64,000 nt of DNA from an uncultured Hormoscilla sp. (GTDB lineage: Bacteria; Cyanobacteriota; Cyanobacteriia; Cyanobacteriales; Desertifilaceae): positions 1,216,001 through 1,280,000 of the forward strand of contig OZ001293.3 of assembly GCA_963921275.4 (NCBI GenBank). The letters are read 5' to 3'. A model generated the notes under the pieces. It searched no databases, was not told where the DNA came from, and was given only the letters and a program-made list of their open reading frames with translations. The first letter of the stretch is position 1. Each line of letters starts with the position of its first letter. Shown here piece by piece: positions 53,742-64,000 of this stretch. Position numbers and translations under genes: made by a program.

Positions 53742-54343
53742 ACTTCAACTTCTGTTTGACAAAGTTAAAAATCTTGACCACTTGTTGTTTCAAAGGTTCT
53801 ATCTGGGCTACTTGTTTTTTCAAAGGTTCTATCTGGGCTACTTGTTTTTTCAATTCATTAATCTCAGCCTGCATTTGGACAATCTTCTGATTGAGTGCTT
53901 CAATCTCGGTAGTATACTCTTGGTCTTGTTCTTCTTTTGACGGCTGCGGATCGCGAGATCGCCTTTTTCATGGCAGATATGATCCCATCAACTAGCTCTT
54001 TTTTTTCAAAGGGCTTTTCAATAAATTCAAAATACTTAAATGGTTCTGAGATTTTCTCCGTTACCTCTTCTTTGCGACCAGACATCAGTACCAGAGGAAT
54101 AGGAGGAATAGACTGAAGTTTCTGATTACTTTGAATATGCTGAAATACATCTCAGCCGCTGATTTTTGGCAACAGGAAATCCAGCATAATTAGGTTGAGG
54201 GATTCCTGGCGGAGCAAATTCAGTCCTTCTTGGCCGTCTTTGGCTTCCAGGACTTCAAAGTTACCCAAGGGTAACATATCTCGCACTCGCATCCGGATAA
54301 CTTTACTGTCATCGATAACTAATATCTTTTGTTTTTGTGCCAC
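53742..54343 (-). pseudogene. Response regulator, degenerate tandem paralog
   Basis: Collinear with 54541-55149; TGA replaces Trp at 54152; later frameshifts. Confidence 0.85.
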
Positions 54344-54540
54344 GACTGACTCCTAGGAATGGTCAGGTATAAGAATGAGATTAGGCGTTCACAGTTTTTA
54401 GTATCGACTTTTGTCAAGCTTGCTAAAACAATTTATATGTAGAAACTTATGGGATTATTCAACTTACAACTTACAACTGTTTCCCCTGCACAGACTTTAT
54501 ATGTGACCTCTATACAGGGGAGATAGTTGCTGCGGGTGTA

Positions 54541-55149
54541 CTACTTCACCTTCTGTTTGACGAATTTAAAAATCTTGACCACTTGCTGTTTCAAGGGCTC
54601 AATCTGGGCCACCTGTTTTTTCAAGGCTTCAATTTTAGCCTGCATTTTGGCCATCTGCTGTTTGAGCTGTTCGATCTCAGCCGAGCCAGCACTGGCTGTG
54701 GCGGCGGCCTCGGACGGTGCAGTTGTAATCGCTGGGGCGGGTGCTTTCTGTTCTAGTGGAGGTTGCGGCTTGGTCGCCTTTTTCATGGCTGATTTGATCG
54801 CACCGATCAGCTGTTTTTGTTCAAAAGGCTTTTCGATGAACTCCCAAAACTCGAAGGGTTCGGGGATTTTCTCGGTCACCTCTTCCTTGCGACCAGACAT
54901 CAGCACTAGCGGAATCTTCCGAAACTGAGCATGTCCGCGAATATGCTGAAATACATCCCACCCGCTGACTTTAGGCAAGAGGAAATCTAGCATGATCAGG
55001 TTTAGGTGTTGCTGGCGGATAAAATTCAGTCCTTCTTCGCCATATTTGGCTTCCAGGACTTCAAAGTTACCTTCTGGCAACATATTCCGCACCCGCATCC
55101 GGATAACTCTACTGTCATCGATAACTAATATCTTGTGTTTTTGTGCCAT
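54541..55149 (-). CDS. Response regulator receiver with C-terminal coiled coil
   Basis: ILVIDDS, MLDFLLP, EKPF. Confidence 0.9.
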   Translation of the reverse strand: MAQKHKILVIDDSRVIRMRVRNMLPEGNFEVLEAKYGEEGLNFIRQQHLNLIMLDFLLPKVSGWDVFQHIRGHAQFRKIPLVLMSGRKEEVTEKIPEPFEFWEFIEKPFEQKQLIGAIKSAMKKATKPQPPLEQKAPAPAITTAPSEAAATASAGSAEIEQLKQQMAKMQAKIEALKKQVAQIEPLKQQVVKIFKFVKQKVK

Positions 55150-55404
55150 GACTGACTCCTGGTGATGGTGAGTGTAAAGATGATATTATGAGTTCACAGG
55201 TTGAAGATATTGATGCCCCTTGCGAAATCGACATGGCAAGACAAACCCTGATGTAGATTCGTTAGCTGCTGTTATAGCTACTGTCAAAATATCAGCATGA
55301 CCGACAGGTGGATTACACTGCTTCAACTAGAATACCCTCTGGCTAAGGGAAATTAATCAATTTATTTCAACATATTAACGTACAGAGTTGGCCGAATATG
55401 CTAT

Positions 55405-56304
55405 ATGTCAATGACAAAATCTGACCAAACTCAGTCCGCTGCCTGGCAGCGCCGTGCCTCAGAAGATCGTCTCCCACCGTGGTTGCGACGCCCCGTTGGT
55501 AACGCTAGTGATATTTCTACAGTACAGCGAATTATCAAGCAACGTCAAATTCACACGATCTGCGAGGAGGGACGCTGTCCCAACCGGGGAGAGTGCTATG
55601 CTAATCTGACGGCGACTTTTCTGCTGATGGGGCCTACTTGTACTCGCTCTTGTGCTTTTTGTCAAGTGGATAAGGGTCACGCACCTATGCCTCTAGATCC
55701 CCAGGAACCGCAAAAGGTGGCAGAGTCGGTGCAGTTGCTGGGGTTGCGCTATGTGGTGCTGACTGCGGTGGCCCGAGATGATTTGCCCGATCGGGGGGCG
55801 GGTTGGTTTGCGGCCACAATGGCTGCGGTGCGCCAGATGAACCCAGAAACGGAAATTGAGGTGCTGACACCGGATTTTTGGGGACAAAAGGAATTAGTGG
55901 CTAAGGTGGTGCAAGCTAAACCCGCTTGTTATAATCATAATCTGGAGACGGTGCGACGCTTGCAAGGACCGGTTCGTCGCGGGGCCAAGTACGATCGCTC
56001 CCTAGATGTATTACGTTTTGTCAAAGAGTTGGATCCGACCATACCCACGAAGTCGGGGTTAATGCTGGGACTTGGGGAAACGGAAGCAGAAACGATCGAA
56101 GCTATGGCTGATTTGCGGGCCGTCCAGTGCGATCGCCTCACCATCGGTCAATATATGCGGCCTTCTCTCGCACACCTGCCGGTGCATAAATACTGGACCC
56201 CAGAGGAGTTTGATAAATTGGGCGCGATCGCCCGCGAGATGGGTTTCTCTCATGTCCGTTCCGGTCCACTAGTTCGCAGTTCCTATCACGCCGGAGAAAC
56301 CTAA
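55405..56304 (+). CDS. lipA: Lipoyl synthase
   Basis: [25 protein letters not shown]. Confidence 0.97.
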   Translation: MSMTKSDQTQSAAWQRRASEDRLPPWLRRPVGNASDISTVQRIIKQRQIHTICEEGRCPNRGECYANLTATFLLMGPTCTRSCAFCQVDKGHAPMPLDPQEPQKVAESVQLLGLRYVVLTAVARDDLPDRGAGWFAATMAAVRQMNPETEIEVLTPDFWGQKELVAKVVQAKPACYNHNLETVRRLQGPVRRGAKYDRSLDVLRFVKELDPTIPTKSGLMLGLGETEAETIEAMADLRAVQCDRLTIGQYMRPSLAHLPVHKYWTPEEFDKLGAIAREMGFSHVRSGPLVRSSYHAGET

Positions 56305-56660
56305 TAGTTATCAGCCGATTTTTAGATTGACAATTGTTTCTCGATCGCCAGTAGAAACAATTGTTTATTCACCTATTTACATGCGATCGCAGGTAATATT
56401 TTCAGCATTTTATCTTGTTTTTCACGATTCGGGATTACCAGAGTTCGGCATTTCCTGAATTTCTGCTTTTATCTTTTTGATTTCTTCAATTCATTTATTT
56501 CTGTAATTTTGGCTTCCAGTTGGTCTTGGAGAATGCCATCATCATCAAAATTGCCTCCATCGTATAATTACATACATTTTCTCATCTCCTCTAGACTGAG
56601 TTTAATAGTTTGAAAAAATTTGATAAAAGCCAATTGTTATCCTTGCTATCCATGAGATGC

Positions 56661-57026
56661 TTATCCTGAAATCTGCACGACGATCGAGCGAAGTTTGAGA
56701 TAGGGAATTCGCAGGAGACCCGACATGCTTTGTGGATCGATAACTGCCCAAAAATTAATCAGCAGACAAACACATCCTAGAAAGAACAGGATGTAGGTAG
56801 GTGCCATGACTACTCCAATGATGAACCAACTCAGCACGTGCAGAAACATGGCGCTCGCCGGTAGTGACGCAAATCCTGCCGCCCACCAGACTTGAACCCG
56901 AGGGCGACCGACGGTCACCAGAATCATAGTCTGCAAAGTTGCTAGCAGGTTAGCTGGCACCAGAAAGGCACAAATGGCGATGCAGTGGTTCCTTGAGAAT
57001 TCCCAGAGAATGTTAATGTCAATCAT
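56661..57026 (-). CDS. Hypothetical membrane protein
   Basis: Hydrophobic 121-aa ORF (FLVPANLLATLQT, HVLSWFIIGVVM). Confidence 0.7.
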   Translation of the reverse strand: MIDINILWEFSRNHCIAICAFLVPANLLATLQTMILVTVGRPRVQVWWAAGFASLPASAMFLHVLSWFIIGVVMAPTYILFFLGCVCLLINFWAVIDPQSMSGLLRIPYLKLRSIVVQISG

Positions 57027-57062
57027 AGGTAAGATTATAGCATAGCATCTGAGTTTTCAGTT

Positions 57063-58211
57063 ATGAACGCATTTACACAAATTACCATTGAGGGCTACCG
57101 GCGGTTGTTTGACCTGAATCTGGATCTGCGACCCCTGACTGTGATGATTGGTGCTAATGGTGTGGGGAAAACTTCTTTCTTGGAAATCTTTTCTCTGCTG
57201 GCAGCTTCAGCAAAAAGTCAGTTGCAGTCCCAAATTTCCGAATTGAGCGGTCTGAGTCAAATAGTGACGCGAGACAAGACTGATGCTATAGGAATTTCCT
57301 TGTCCGTGCCCGTACCGGATGGGCAACCGCTGCATTACTACCTTAAACTCGTTCTCAAAGGTCAGTTCTATGAAATTGCTAGAGAAACTTTGACCCAACA
57401 GGGTGCTGATGCAGTCTCCATGCAGTACATCGACTCTCGTGGCTGGGATATCAAGTATTATAGTACCGAAGATGGGCAGCTATTGCGCCCTAACTGGGAA
57501 CATAATCCTTTAGAAACGTCCCTATCTCAGGTTCCCAAGATGTATCAGCAGCCAGAAAATATCAGAACTCGATTGGCTAACTGTGCTTTTTATTCTGCTG
57601 GGAACTTAAATGTTTTCCCTAGAAGCCCAGCGCGTCTCCCCCAACAGATGCGTCCGGCTAAATTACCAGGAGCAAATGGAGAGACTTTGGTTTCTTGTCT
57701 TTACTATCTGCGAGAAACAAATCCCGATCGCTTTGAGATAGTACAAGATACCTTAGCGGCGGCCTTTCCCGATTTTGAGCGAGTGGGGTTTCCGCCAGTA
57801 GCAGCAGGAACCTTAGCATTGACTTGGAAGGATAAAAACTTTTCTGAACCCTTTTATATGGAGCAGCTATCGGAAGGAACATTGCGGTTTCTCTGGCTAG
57901 TGACTCTCTTACAAAGTCAGGAATTATCTGCTGTCACTATGATTGACGAGCCAGAAGTTTGCTTGCATCCAGAGTTGTTGCGACTGCTGGCGGATGTCAT
58001 GCGAGAAGCTGCTCAACGCACTCAGTTGATTGTAGCAACCCATTCAGATAGGTTAATTAGATTTCTCGATCCGAGAGAAGTCCTGGTCTGTGATGCTGTC
58101 TCTGGGCTGACAACTATGACTTGGGCTGACTCTCTAGATTTAGATAAATGGCTGATAGACTATAGTTTAGACGAGATTTGGGCCATGAACTTGATAGGAG
58201 GCAGACCGTGA
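57063..58211 (+). CDS. AAA_21/ABC-type ATPase
   Basis: GANGVGKT Walker A, LSEGT signature, IDEPE Walker B, ATHS. Confidence 0.9.
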   Translation: MNAFTQITIEGYRRLFDLNLDLRPLTVMIGANGVGKTSFLEIFSLLAASAKSQLQSQISELSGLSQIVTRDKTDAIGISLSVPVPDGQPLHYYLKLVLKGQFYEIARETLTQQGADAVSMQYIDSRGWDIKYYSTEDGQLLRPNWEHNPLETSLSQVPKMYQQPENIRTRLANCAFYSAGNLNVFPRSPARLPQQMRPAKLPGANGETLVSCLYYLRETNPDRFEIVQDTLAAAFPDFERVGFPPVAAGTLALTWKDKNFSEPFYMEQLSEGTLRFLWLVTLLQSQELSAVTMIDEPEVCLHPELLRLLADVMREAAQRTQLIVATHSDRLIRFLDPREVLVCDAVSGLTTMTWADSLDLDKWLIDYSLDEIWAMNLIGGRP

Positions 58212-58300
58212 AAATTGCTATTCTGGTTGAAGGCGCAACGGAAAGGGCATTTAAACCTGTATTGCTAGATTTACTCAAGTTGCGCCTTCAACAGAAGACT
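58208..58300 (+). pseudogene. DUF4276/TOPRIM-like partner, truncated after ~30 codons
   Basis: GTGA overlap; VKIAILVEGATERAF; then collides with a convergent gene. Confidence 0.7.
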
Positions 58301-58309
58301 ACGCTGATG

Positions 58310-58927
58310 TCACGGAAGACTGTTGAGTTTTTCGTTAATCGCGTTAATCACATCTTCAGCATTTGGACTGGTACCAGGGGTGTTGATGTCAATAAAGTTC
58401 ATACCCAGACCAGCCTTTATCTCCACGTAACCCTGTGCATCTCCCATGTTACCCTTGACATAGATGAAGATATTTCTCGCACGTTCGAGTACCTTCCGAT
58501 CAGTCTGTACTTTTACCCAGTCCATCAATGGTTTGATCTTGCCTGGCTTCTGTACCTGGAAAAACGTGCCGTTCACTCCATGCGACCGAAAGCCCCACAT
58601 GTTTCTTTCTTGATAAAGCACCTCCTTGACTTCATATTTGGGCACAGGTACTCCTCTATTATTCTCAACTGTTTTCCATTGCGCCTCAACATTCTCGGCT
58701 TGCTCTTTTGTGTTGAATACTTTGTAGTACCAATCATTCAATCTGATCGTAGGTGGAGGACCAGGTTTCACTATCTCTGCCGGAGGCACATTAAGCTCGA
58801 TCACCGCCACAGGCCCTACGAACATGAAGTTATGGGCGGGAAATGCTAATGCGGTTCCCTGACCTAGAGACAGACTCAAACAGAGGGCGAGTAACAAAGC
58901 AGTAATCATTCTGCTCATGAGCAACAT
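58310..58927 (-). CDS. Secreted hypothetical protein
   Basis: AGGAG RBS; signal peptide ending ALA. Confidence 0.65.
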   Translation of the reverse strand: MLLMSRMITALLLALCLSLSLGQGTALAFPAHNFMFVGPVAVIELNVPPAEIVKPGPPPTIRLNDWYYKVFNTKEQAENVEAQWKTVENNRGVPVPKYEVKEVLYQERNMWGFRSHGVNGTFFQVQKPGKIKPLMDWVKVQTDRKVLERARNIFIYVKGNMGDAQGYVEIKAGLGMNFIDINTPGTSPNAEDVINAINEKLNSLP

Positions 58928-59608
58928 TCTCCTTTTAACAATACTCCGGACACTTTTGGGAACGTAGCTGTGCTGTAAGGTTGGGTTCATAATGCAAGCA
59001 ACACAATGTCTTTCACTTCAATTTCAATATATCACAGAATCATGTATCCCGATCCCTTAATCGTAAAAATAAATAATAGTTACTATATAATTAAATATAT
59101 AATAAGTACAGATGCAAAGGTGAGATTCCCCCGCTGTAAGCCTTACAGCGTAAGCCTTTGGGAGAGCGGGCTATTGTTTGCAAGTCAGCTCTGGGGCAGA
59201 CCTTGAAACAAATCATGCCAGTATGCCGTAACCCTTGCTCTGTGGTGGTTCTGGAGTCTAAAAACTGTCCGGAGTATTGTTTTAACAAAAGTTAACTTGA
59301 CTGACTTTCGAGCCATCGAAACCATTATTGTGCTTTGATTTAAGCATTCCGTTTGCACCAGTGCATGGCTAAAAGCCCCGGGAATTGAGTATTTTTACAA
59401 AGCACGGTTATATAATAGCATAATTCAAGTTGCGATCTATACAACCTGGTTCTTCCGTACCTGTGGCGGCTAAATTCGCTCTTGAAAGCCTCCAAACACT
59501 TACACAGTAATGGGTTTGCCTGTATACCCCGATAACTCTGCTAGCTTCTCCAACCCTTGCATTCCTGGGGAAAACTGACCCTCGCGCGATTTTTCCATGT
59601 ATCGCCGC

Positions 59609-59896
59609 TTATTTTTGGGTAAGCTGTCGTGCTTGTTTTACCATTGCAATTAGGGTATGATGGGCGTCTTCAGCATCGGCCAGAGTATGGTCGAATTTTA
59701 TCCGTACAGGAACTTCCGAACCGTTGATTTGGGCTGTGAGATCCATTCCTTCGGGGTCTATGGAGTTCATGTAAGCTGATGTCGTCTCGGGACTATTGCC
59801 AAAGGTTTGGGCGTAAAGGGCGATCGCCTCAGCGTGGTCTTCGTTCATGTGTTTGCAGATGAGATCGCTAATTTGGGGCGTAATTTGTTCTGACAT
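59609..59896 (-). CDS. DUF2470 (HugZ/GluTR-binding-like) protein
   Basis: ICKHMNEDH, IDPEGMDL. Confidence 0.88.
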   Translation of the reverse strand: MSEQITPQISDLICKHMNEDHAEAIALYAQTFGNSPETTSAYMNSIDPEGMDLTAQINGSEVPVRIKFDHTLADAEDAHHTLIAMVKQARQLTQK

Positions 59897-60028
59897 GGCA
59901 GTATTTATCGGTCCTAACTTATCTTCAAGTTTACCTTAATTCTTTCCGGAACATGTCACTATGGGAGCCGCTAGCATATCTGCTGACATTAGCAGTTAGA
60001 CATGCTCCCAATTCTTTATCGCTACGCG

Positions 60029-60922
60029 CTAAAAGTTGCGATAGCCTGTATATCCCGATAACTCTGCCAGCTGCTCCAACCCTTGCACCCTTGGGTACAA
60101 CTGACCCTTCACTTCCCAAGTCGGATAGCTTTGGATCCCCGCTGTTCTGCATAAAGCAGGCTGCGGATTTTTCCCGTTCGGGTCACACTCAATGTAGTTT
60201 AATTCAGCAACTGCTTCTTTTCCAAATAATTTCTTTTGATCTTGGCAGTGACTGCACCAAAATGCTCCATACATTTTAACTCCCGCTGCTTTGAGATGCT
60301 TGGCTAGGGCAATTTTGGCCGGATTTGAAGTAGTCGTAATCGCATAGCCGCCTCCTTCGGCGCGGGGATTATTAATTGGAGCATAAACTGCTAAAGTTCC
60401 CACCAGAGTAATCATTCCCACGATCGCTCCGATGAAAAACAGTTGCCCGATATCTTTCCAATCACGACCGATGAATGCTAGTATACATAAACTCAGAGAG
60501 CAAACAGCGGAAAAAATACAGTACAGACAAAGGGACTTAATTTCAAATGCCATCACGTACATCAGATAACCGCTGAATAGCGCCATTGATGTCCCGCCTG
60601 CGAACATTAACAACCACGTCCAGTTTTCTAGCTTTGAACGCAATTCCTTCTGGGAATCAGGATTGAGCAACCAGGGGGACACTGCCATCCCGGCCATACT
60701 AGCATAGGCTAAAAAACCGAACAATGCCAGAGGTAAGCCAAAAACAGTCGCATAGGGACTAGAAAGTACCTTATCGCAACCCTCCGTGGGACAGGCAGCT
60801 GTTCCTCCTGCTAACTTAACCGCTGCCAGATAGCCGGTTATCACCGCACCTAAAGTGGCGACGATCGCAATTATAAAACGCGACTTACGATGAATCCAGG
60901 GAGAAGAACGTTTACGGCGCAT
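60029..60922 (-). CDS. VKOR-thioredoxin fusion (disulfide bond formation)
   Basis: CPTEGCDKVLSS, CLYC, CSHC, YPTW. Confidence 0.93.
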   Translation of the reverse strand: MRRKRSSPWIHRKSRFIIAIVATLGAVITGYLAAVKLAGGTAACPTEGCDKVLSSPYATVFGLPLALFGFLAYASMAGMAVSPWLLNPDSQKELRSKLENWTWLLMFAGGTSMALFSGYLMYVMAFEIKSLCLYCIFSAVCSLSLCILAFIGRDWKDIGQLFFIGAIVGMITLVGTLAVYAPINNPRAEGGGYAITTTSNPAKIALAKHLKAAGVKMYGAFWCSHCQDQKKLFGKEAVAELNYIECDPNGKNPQPALCRTAGIQSYPTWEVKGQLYPRVQGLEQLAELSGYTGYRNF

Positions 60923-61133
60923 AAATGTCTCCTTTTTTTGTAGGCTATTTCTGTAGAAACCGGATTTATGTCCTGTCAGATGAGGGACGGTTAAAACAGA
61001 GGCCAAGAGCAAAAGTACACAAAGCGTGGGCGATCATCTGGGTGCTCATCTGACAATGCTTTGAGTGTGTTAAAACCCACTTCAGCTCTTAGCCGTGGGT
61101 TAAAACCCACGGCGGGCCATGAGGCCAATCTGA

Positions 61134-62510
61134 TTATGTGGCTAATAGCTTGGCCGGAAGGGGAAGTTGTGCTTCGGGTTCCTCCTGGCCATCTAGTAAC
61201 CACATCCCCGCTGCAATCTTAGGTTGAGTTGCATGCAAACTTAACCCCTGCTGCAATCCTCTGACTAGCAACTCTAAGCTTTCTACCAGTTTGGGGTCAA
61301 ATTTGGCTCCCGCTTGGGCCTGACAATCTGCTAATGCCCTAGTCAAGGGATTAGGCGTGGACCGATCGTCTTTATATATTGTAACTCGCTGCTGAAATGA
61401 AGCCACTAGCCCTAATATCCTTGATTCTAAGGGAATTCCGTCATAGGCTAAACCATCTGGTTGCCCGGTACCATCCCAGCTTTCTGTCTGATGGGCCACG
61501 ATCTGGGCGATCGCCTTCAACCGGGGCATAATCCGCAAAATTGATGCTTTCGGCATTTGATCACTCTGCTGCATCACCTTTTGCTGGGCAACTGATTTAC
61601 TTGTAGAGATTGTCTCCTCCACTCCTTGTAATGGTGCCATACGATGCAGTAACCCCGCCAGACGCAGACGCTTCACTTGCCATGCTGGCAGATCCAATAA
61701 CTGCCCCATTGCTTCTGATAGCGTCGCTACCTCCGCTGCTGCCATGGGATTTCTGGCATCCGCCCGATCGATCAACTGTGCCATCCGTAAGAATGCCTGC
61801 ATTTTATTAGACACCAGATTTTCATCTAGCACTTGGCGATCGCTAGCATCCGGTAAATCTTGCTGACTCGTTTGCAGATATTTCACCACCCGCGACACCA
61901 CTTTCCCCAGATCTTCCCCTGACATTTGGCCGCCAGTCATTTCCTGTAATGAGGCTGTTAACTTCTGTTCCAACTCCCGATCGTAGCCCCCAATATGCGC
62001 GATCGCCAGTTCCACCGTTTCCCGGACTAAATCTGGTTCAAAAGTCCAGAAACCATAGAATTTCCTTTCTTTATCTTCACTTGGTTGTCCTTTTGCCCCA
62101 TAATCAGCAGCCGACAACTCTTGACAAAGTACCATTGCCGTGTATTGGGGCGACAGAATCATCAAATGCCACTCTTGCGCCACTGGATCCGTTGGTTCTA
62201 AGCCCACCAAGGTCACATTTGCCAACTGACTGGTAGGATGTTCGGTAAACCCAGTCCCCGATGCCGCCATAATTACAATATCAGAGGCCACCTGGGCAAT
62301 TTCTCCGTAGCGATCGCCCTCTTGGAGGTACCATTTCCCCAGTTGAAATGCCGTAATCATCACCGGGTTTCCCTCTGACTCCAGAATAAAATCTTCCAGA
62401 GCATGACACAGAGCCACCAGGGTATTTTTATAGTACACCCCAAAGTTTAATGGTCTTTTACTGCCCCGATGCGCGCGATCGAGCTTTTCTAAAATGGAAT
62501 TTTTTAACAT
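61134..62510 (-). CDS. DICT sensory domain plus HD-GYP-like protein
   Basis: KNTLVALCHALED, EWHL, WTFEP; WDGTGQPDGL..IPLESRIL. Confidence 0.85.
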   Translation of the reverse strand: MLKNSILEKLDRAHRGSKRPLNFGVYYKNTLVALCHALEDFILESEGNPVMITAFQLGKWYLQEGDRYGEIAQVASDIVIMAASGTGFTEHPTSQLANVTLVGLEPTDPVAQEWHLMILSPQYTAMVLCQELSAADYGAKGQPSEDKERKFYGFWTFEPDLVRETVELAIAHIGGYDRELEQKLTASLQEMTGGQMSGEDLGKVVSRVVKYLQTSQQDLPDASDRQVLDENLVSNKMQAFLRMAQLIDRADARNPMAAAEVATLSEAMGQLLDLPAWQVKRLRLAGLLHRMAPLQGVEETISTSKSVAQQKVMQQSDQMPKASILRIMPRLKAIAQIVAHQTESWDGTGQPDGLAYDGIPLESRILGLVASFQQRVTIYKDDRSTPNPLTRALADCQAQAGAKFDPKLVESLELLVRGLQQGLSLHATQPKIAAGMWLLDGQEEPEAQLPLPAKLLAT

Positions 62511-62589
62511 GGTTTTTCTTTGAGATAATCCGTCGGGTGGGCACTGCCCACCTTACCACTGTTAAAACGTCTGCTAATATACCTGACCA

Positions 62590-62845
62590 CAGCCCGCGCA
62601 GGCGGGCTGTGTCTCTGTAGCCCTACTCTTTAGGGTGGGGATAAAGGTTGGGTTTCGTGCGGAAACCCAACCTACATTAATACTACATAACAGCAGCCCG
62701 GGCAGGCGGGCTTTGTCTCTGTAGCCCTACCCTTTAGGGGATAAAGGTTGGGTTTCGTGCGGAGACCCAACCTACATCTAATACTACATGACCGCAGCCC
62801 GGGCAGGCGGGCTTTGTCTCTGTAACCCTACCCTTTAGGGTGGGG
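62590..62845. repeat. Cluster of three REP-like repeats alternating with GGTTGGGTTTC..CCCAACC hairpins
   Basis: AGCCCG.GCAGGCGGGCT.TGTCTCTGTA.CCCTAC.CTTTAGGG x3. Confidence 0.88.
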
Positions 62846-62856
62846 ATAAGGGAGAC

Positions 62857-64000
62857 TTACTTAGAGGATACAGCAACCATTTTCTTTGGCTGAGTCTGCT
62901 GAACTTTAACTGGCGCACTTCTGAGAGCTTCTGCTAAGGGAGCACAACCTAATCTTTCCTCCAGGATCTGCATCACTTCGCGCCCAAAATCATTCGGGTT
63001 GCGCCGCCACGCTTCCAGACAAACCTCTCCGAAGAAGGAACCCAATGGTTCGGGATTCCAGAGTAACTTCCTCGCTGTCCAGGGCATCATACTCATCGGA
63101 TTATAACCCGGTTTGAGGATATTATTTTTGAAAGCGTACTGTTCTAAATGGGTGTGGGGTTGCAGGCCGATGAAGAAGATGGCGGGTTCCACTTTATCCG
63201 CGCCAAAAATCCGCTCTAGCTCCCGATGATAGGCGATCGTCTGGCGAATGGTCTCATAGGTTTCATCAATCACATTAAATGAATAGTTGACCGAAACCAA
63301 GTCATTAAACCCAGCTGCTTTCAAATCCCGGCAGTTTTCCAGCACCACCCGCAGGTTATAACCCATGCGCATTTTGCGCACCAGTTCCTGGGAACCGCTA
63401 GTAATGCCGATTTCAAAGTAATTCATCCCCGTTTTCACCATCAGGTCGCACAACTCGGGTGTCAAATTATCCGCCCTGATGTATGCTGCCCAATGGATAT
63501 CCTCCATCCCCGCATCCAGGATTTTCTGCAACAGTTCCACCGCGTCTGGTATGAACTTCCGGGCTGGGATAAACTGAGCATCAGTGAACCAGAAGTTCCG
63601 AATCCCCCGCGAGTACAGTTGGGCCATCTCCGAGACCACCTCATCCCCTGGGTTGATCCGCACTTGCTTGCCCTCCACTACTGTATAGATGCAGTAGCAA
63701 CAGTTATGGGGACAACCCCGCTTGGTTTGCACCCCCAGGTAGAAATCTTGGTCTTGCAGGTAATAGCTCATATCTGGCCAGATGCTAGCAATATAGTCAT
63801 AATTGCAGGCAGTTTTCTCCATCGGGGCCAGTTGTTCGTGGATCATCCGCTGACGGGGTTGGGTAACCCCCACCACATAACAGCGTTCGTCGCTGAAATC
63901 TTCACCCCGCAGCATCTTCTCTAACAATGCTTCTCCTTCTCCCACAGAGACGATCGCCCCTTTTGGCAGCATGGCCCCCAACTGTTCGTAGAACACGCTC
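62857..64000 (-). CDS. Photosystem II high-light acclimation radical SAM protein (partial; 5' end outside window)
   Basis: RGCPHNCCYC, WFTDAQF, YIRADN. Confidence 0.85.
   Translation of the reverse strand, partial: SVFYEQLGAMLPKGAIVSVGEGEALLEKMLRGEDFSDERCYVVGVTQPRQRMIHEQLAPMEKTACNYDYIASIWPDMSYYLQDQDFYLGVQTKRGCPHNCCYCIYTVVEGKQVRINPGDEVVSEMAQLYSRGIRNFWFTDAQFIPARKFIPDAVELLQKILDAGMEDIHWAAYIRADNLTPELCDLMVKTGMNYFEIGITSGSQELVRKMRMGYNLRVVLENCRDLKAAGFNDLVSVNYSFNVIDETYETIRQTIAYHRELERIFGADKVEPAIFFIGLQPHTHLEQYAFKNNILKPGYNPMSMMPWTARKLLWNPEPLGSFFGEVCLEAWRRNPNDFGREVMQILEERLGCAPLAEALRSAPVKVQQTQPKKMVAVSSK

Noticed and set aside
15177..54343. Stop-codon reassignment explaining in-frame stops
   Set aside because: TAA, TAG and TGA all occur, alongside frameshifts, and core genes terminate normally.
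58178..58849. 223-aa ORF as a full gene
   Set aside because: Only ~30 codons are DUF4276-like; the rest is antisense to the 58310-58927 gene.

Overview
Chromosomal window from a cyanobacterium: HIP1 octamer GCGATCGC is very frequent and psbA, VKOR and a PSII radical-SAM gene are present. Repeat families and heavy pseudogenization suggest a filamentous, possibly host-associated lineage (inference). Intact core genes (ssb, mreBCD, dtd, COG0523 GTPase, argJ, gatB, purB, HIT, psbA, recR, lipA, VKOR) alternate with decaying accessory DNA. Highlights: (1) two related ORF-less group II introns, one antisense inside an RHS gene and one inside a REP-like repeat; (2) a broken retron-type RT with a pseudogenized SWIM Zn-finger gene (type XIII-like), separated by a partly duplicated glycosyltransferase; (3) a ~14 kb island bracketed by a duplicated gatB 3' end, with toxin-antitoxin, restriction-modification, AIPR and XisHI cargo interleaved with 8-9 copies of a long non-coding repeat and two attC-like hairpins, but no integrase; (4) a fragmented thioester alpha-2-macroglobulin; (5) tandem DUF5678 + retropepsin-like protease pairs; (6) many duplicated gene 3' ends; (7) recR apparently starting at GTT. 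All family assignments come from motif recognition by eye, not database searches.
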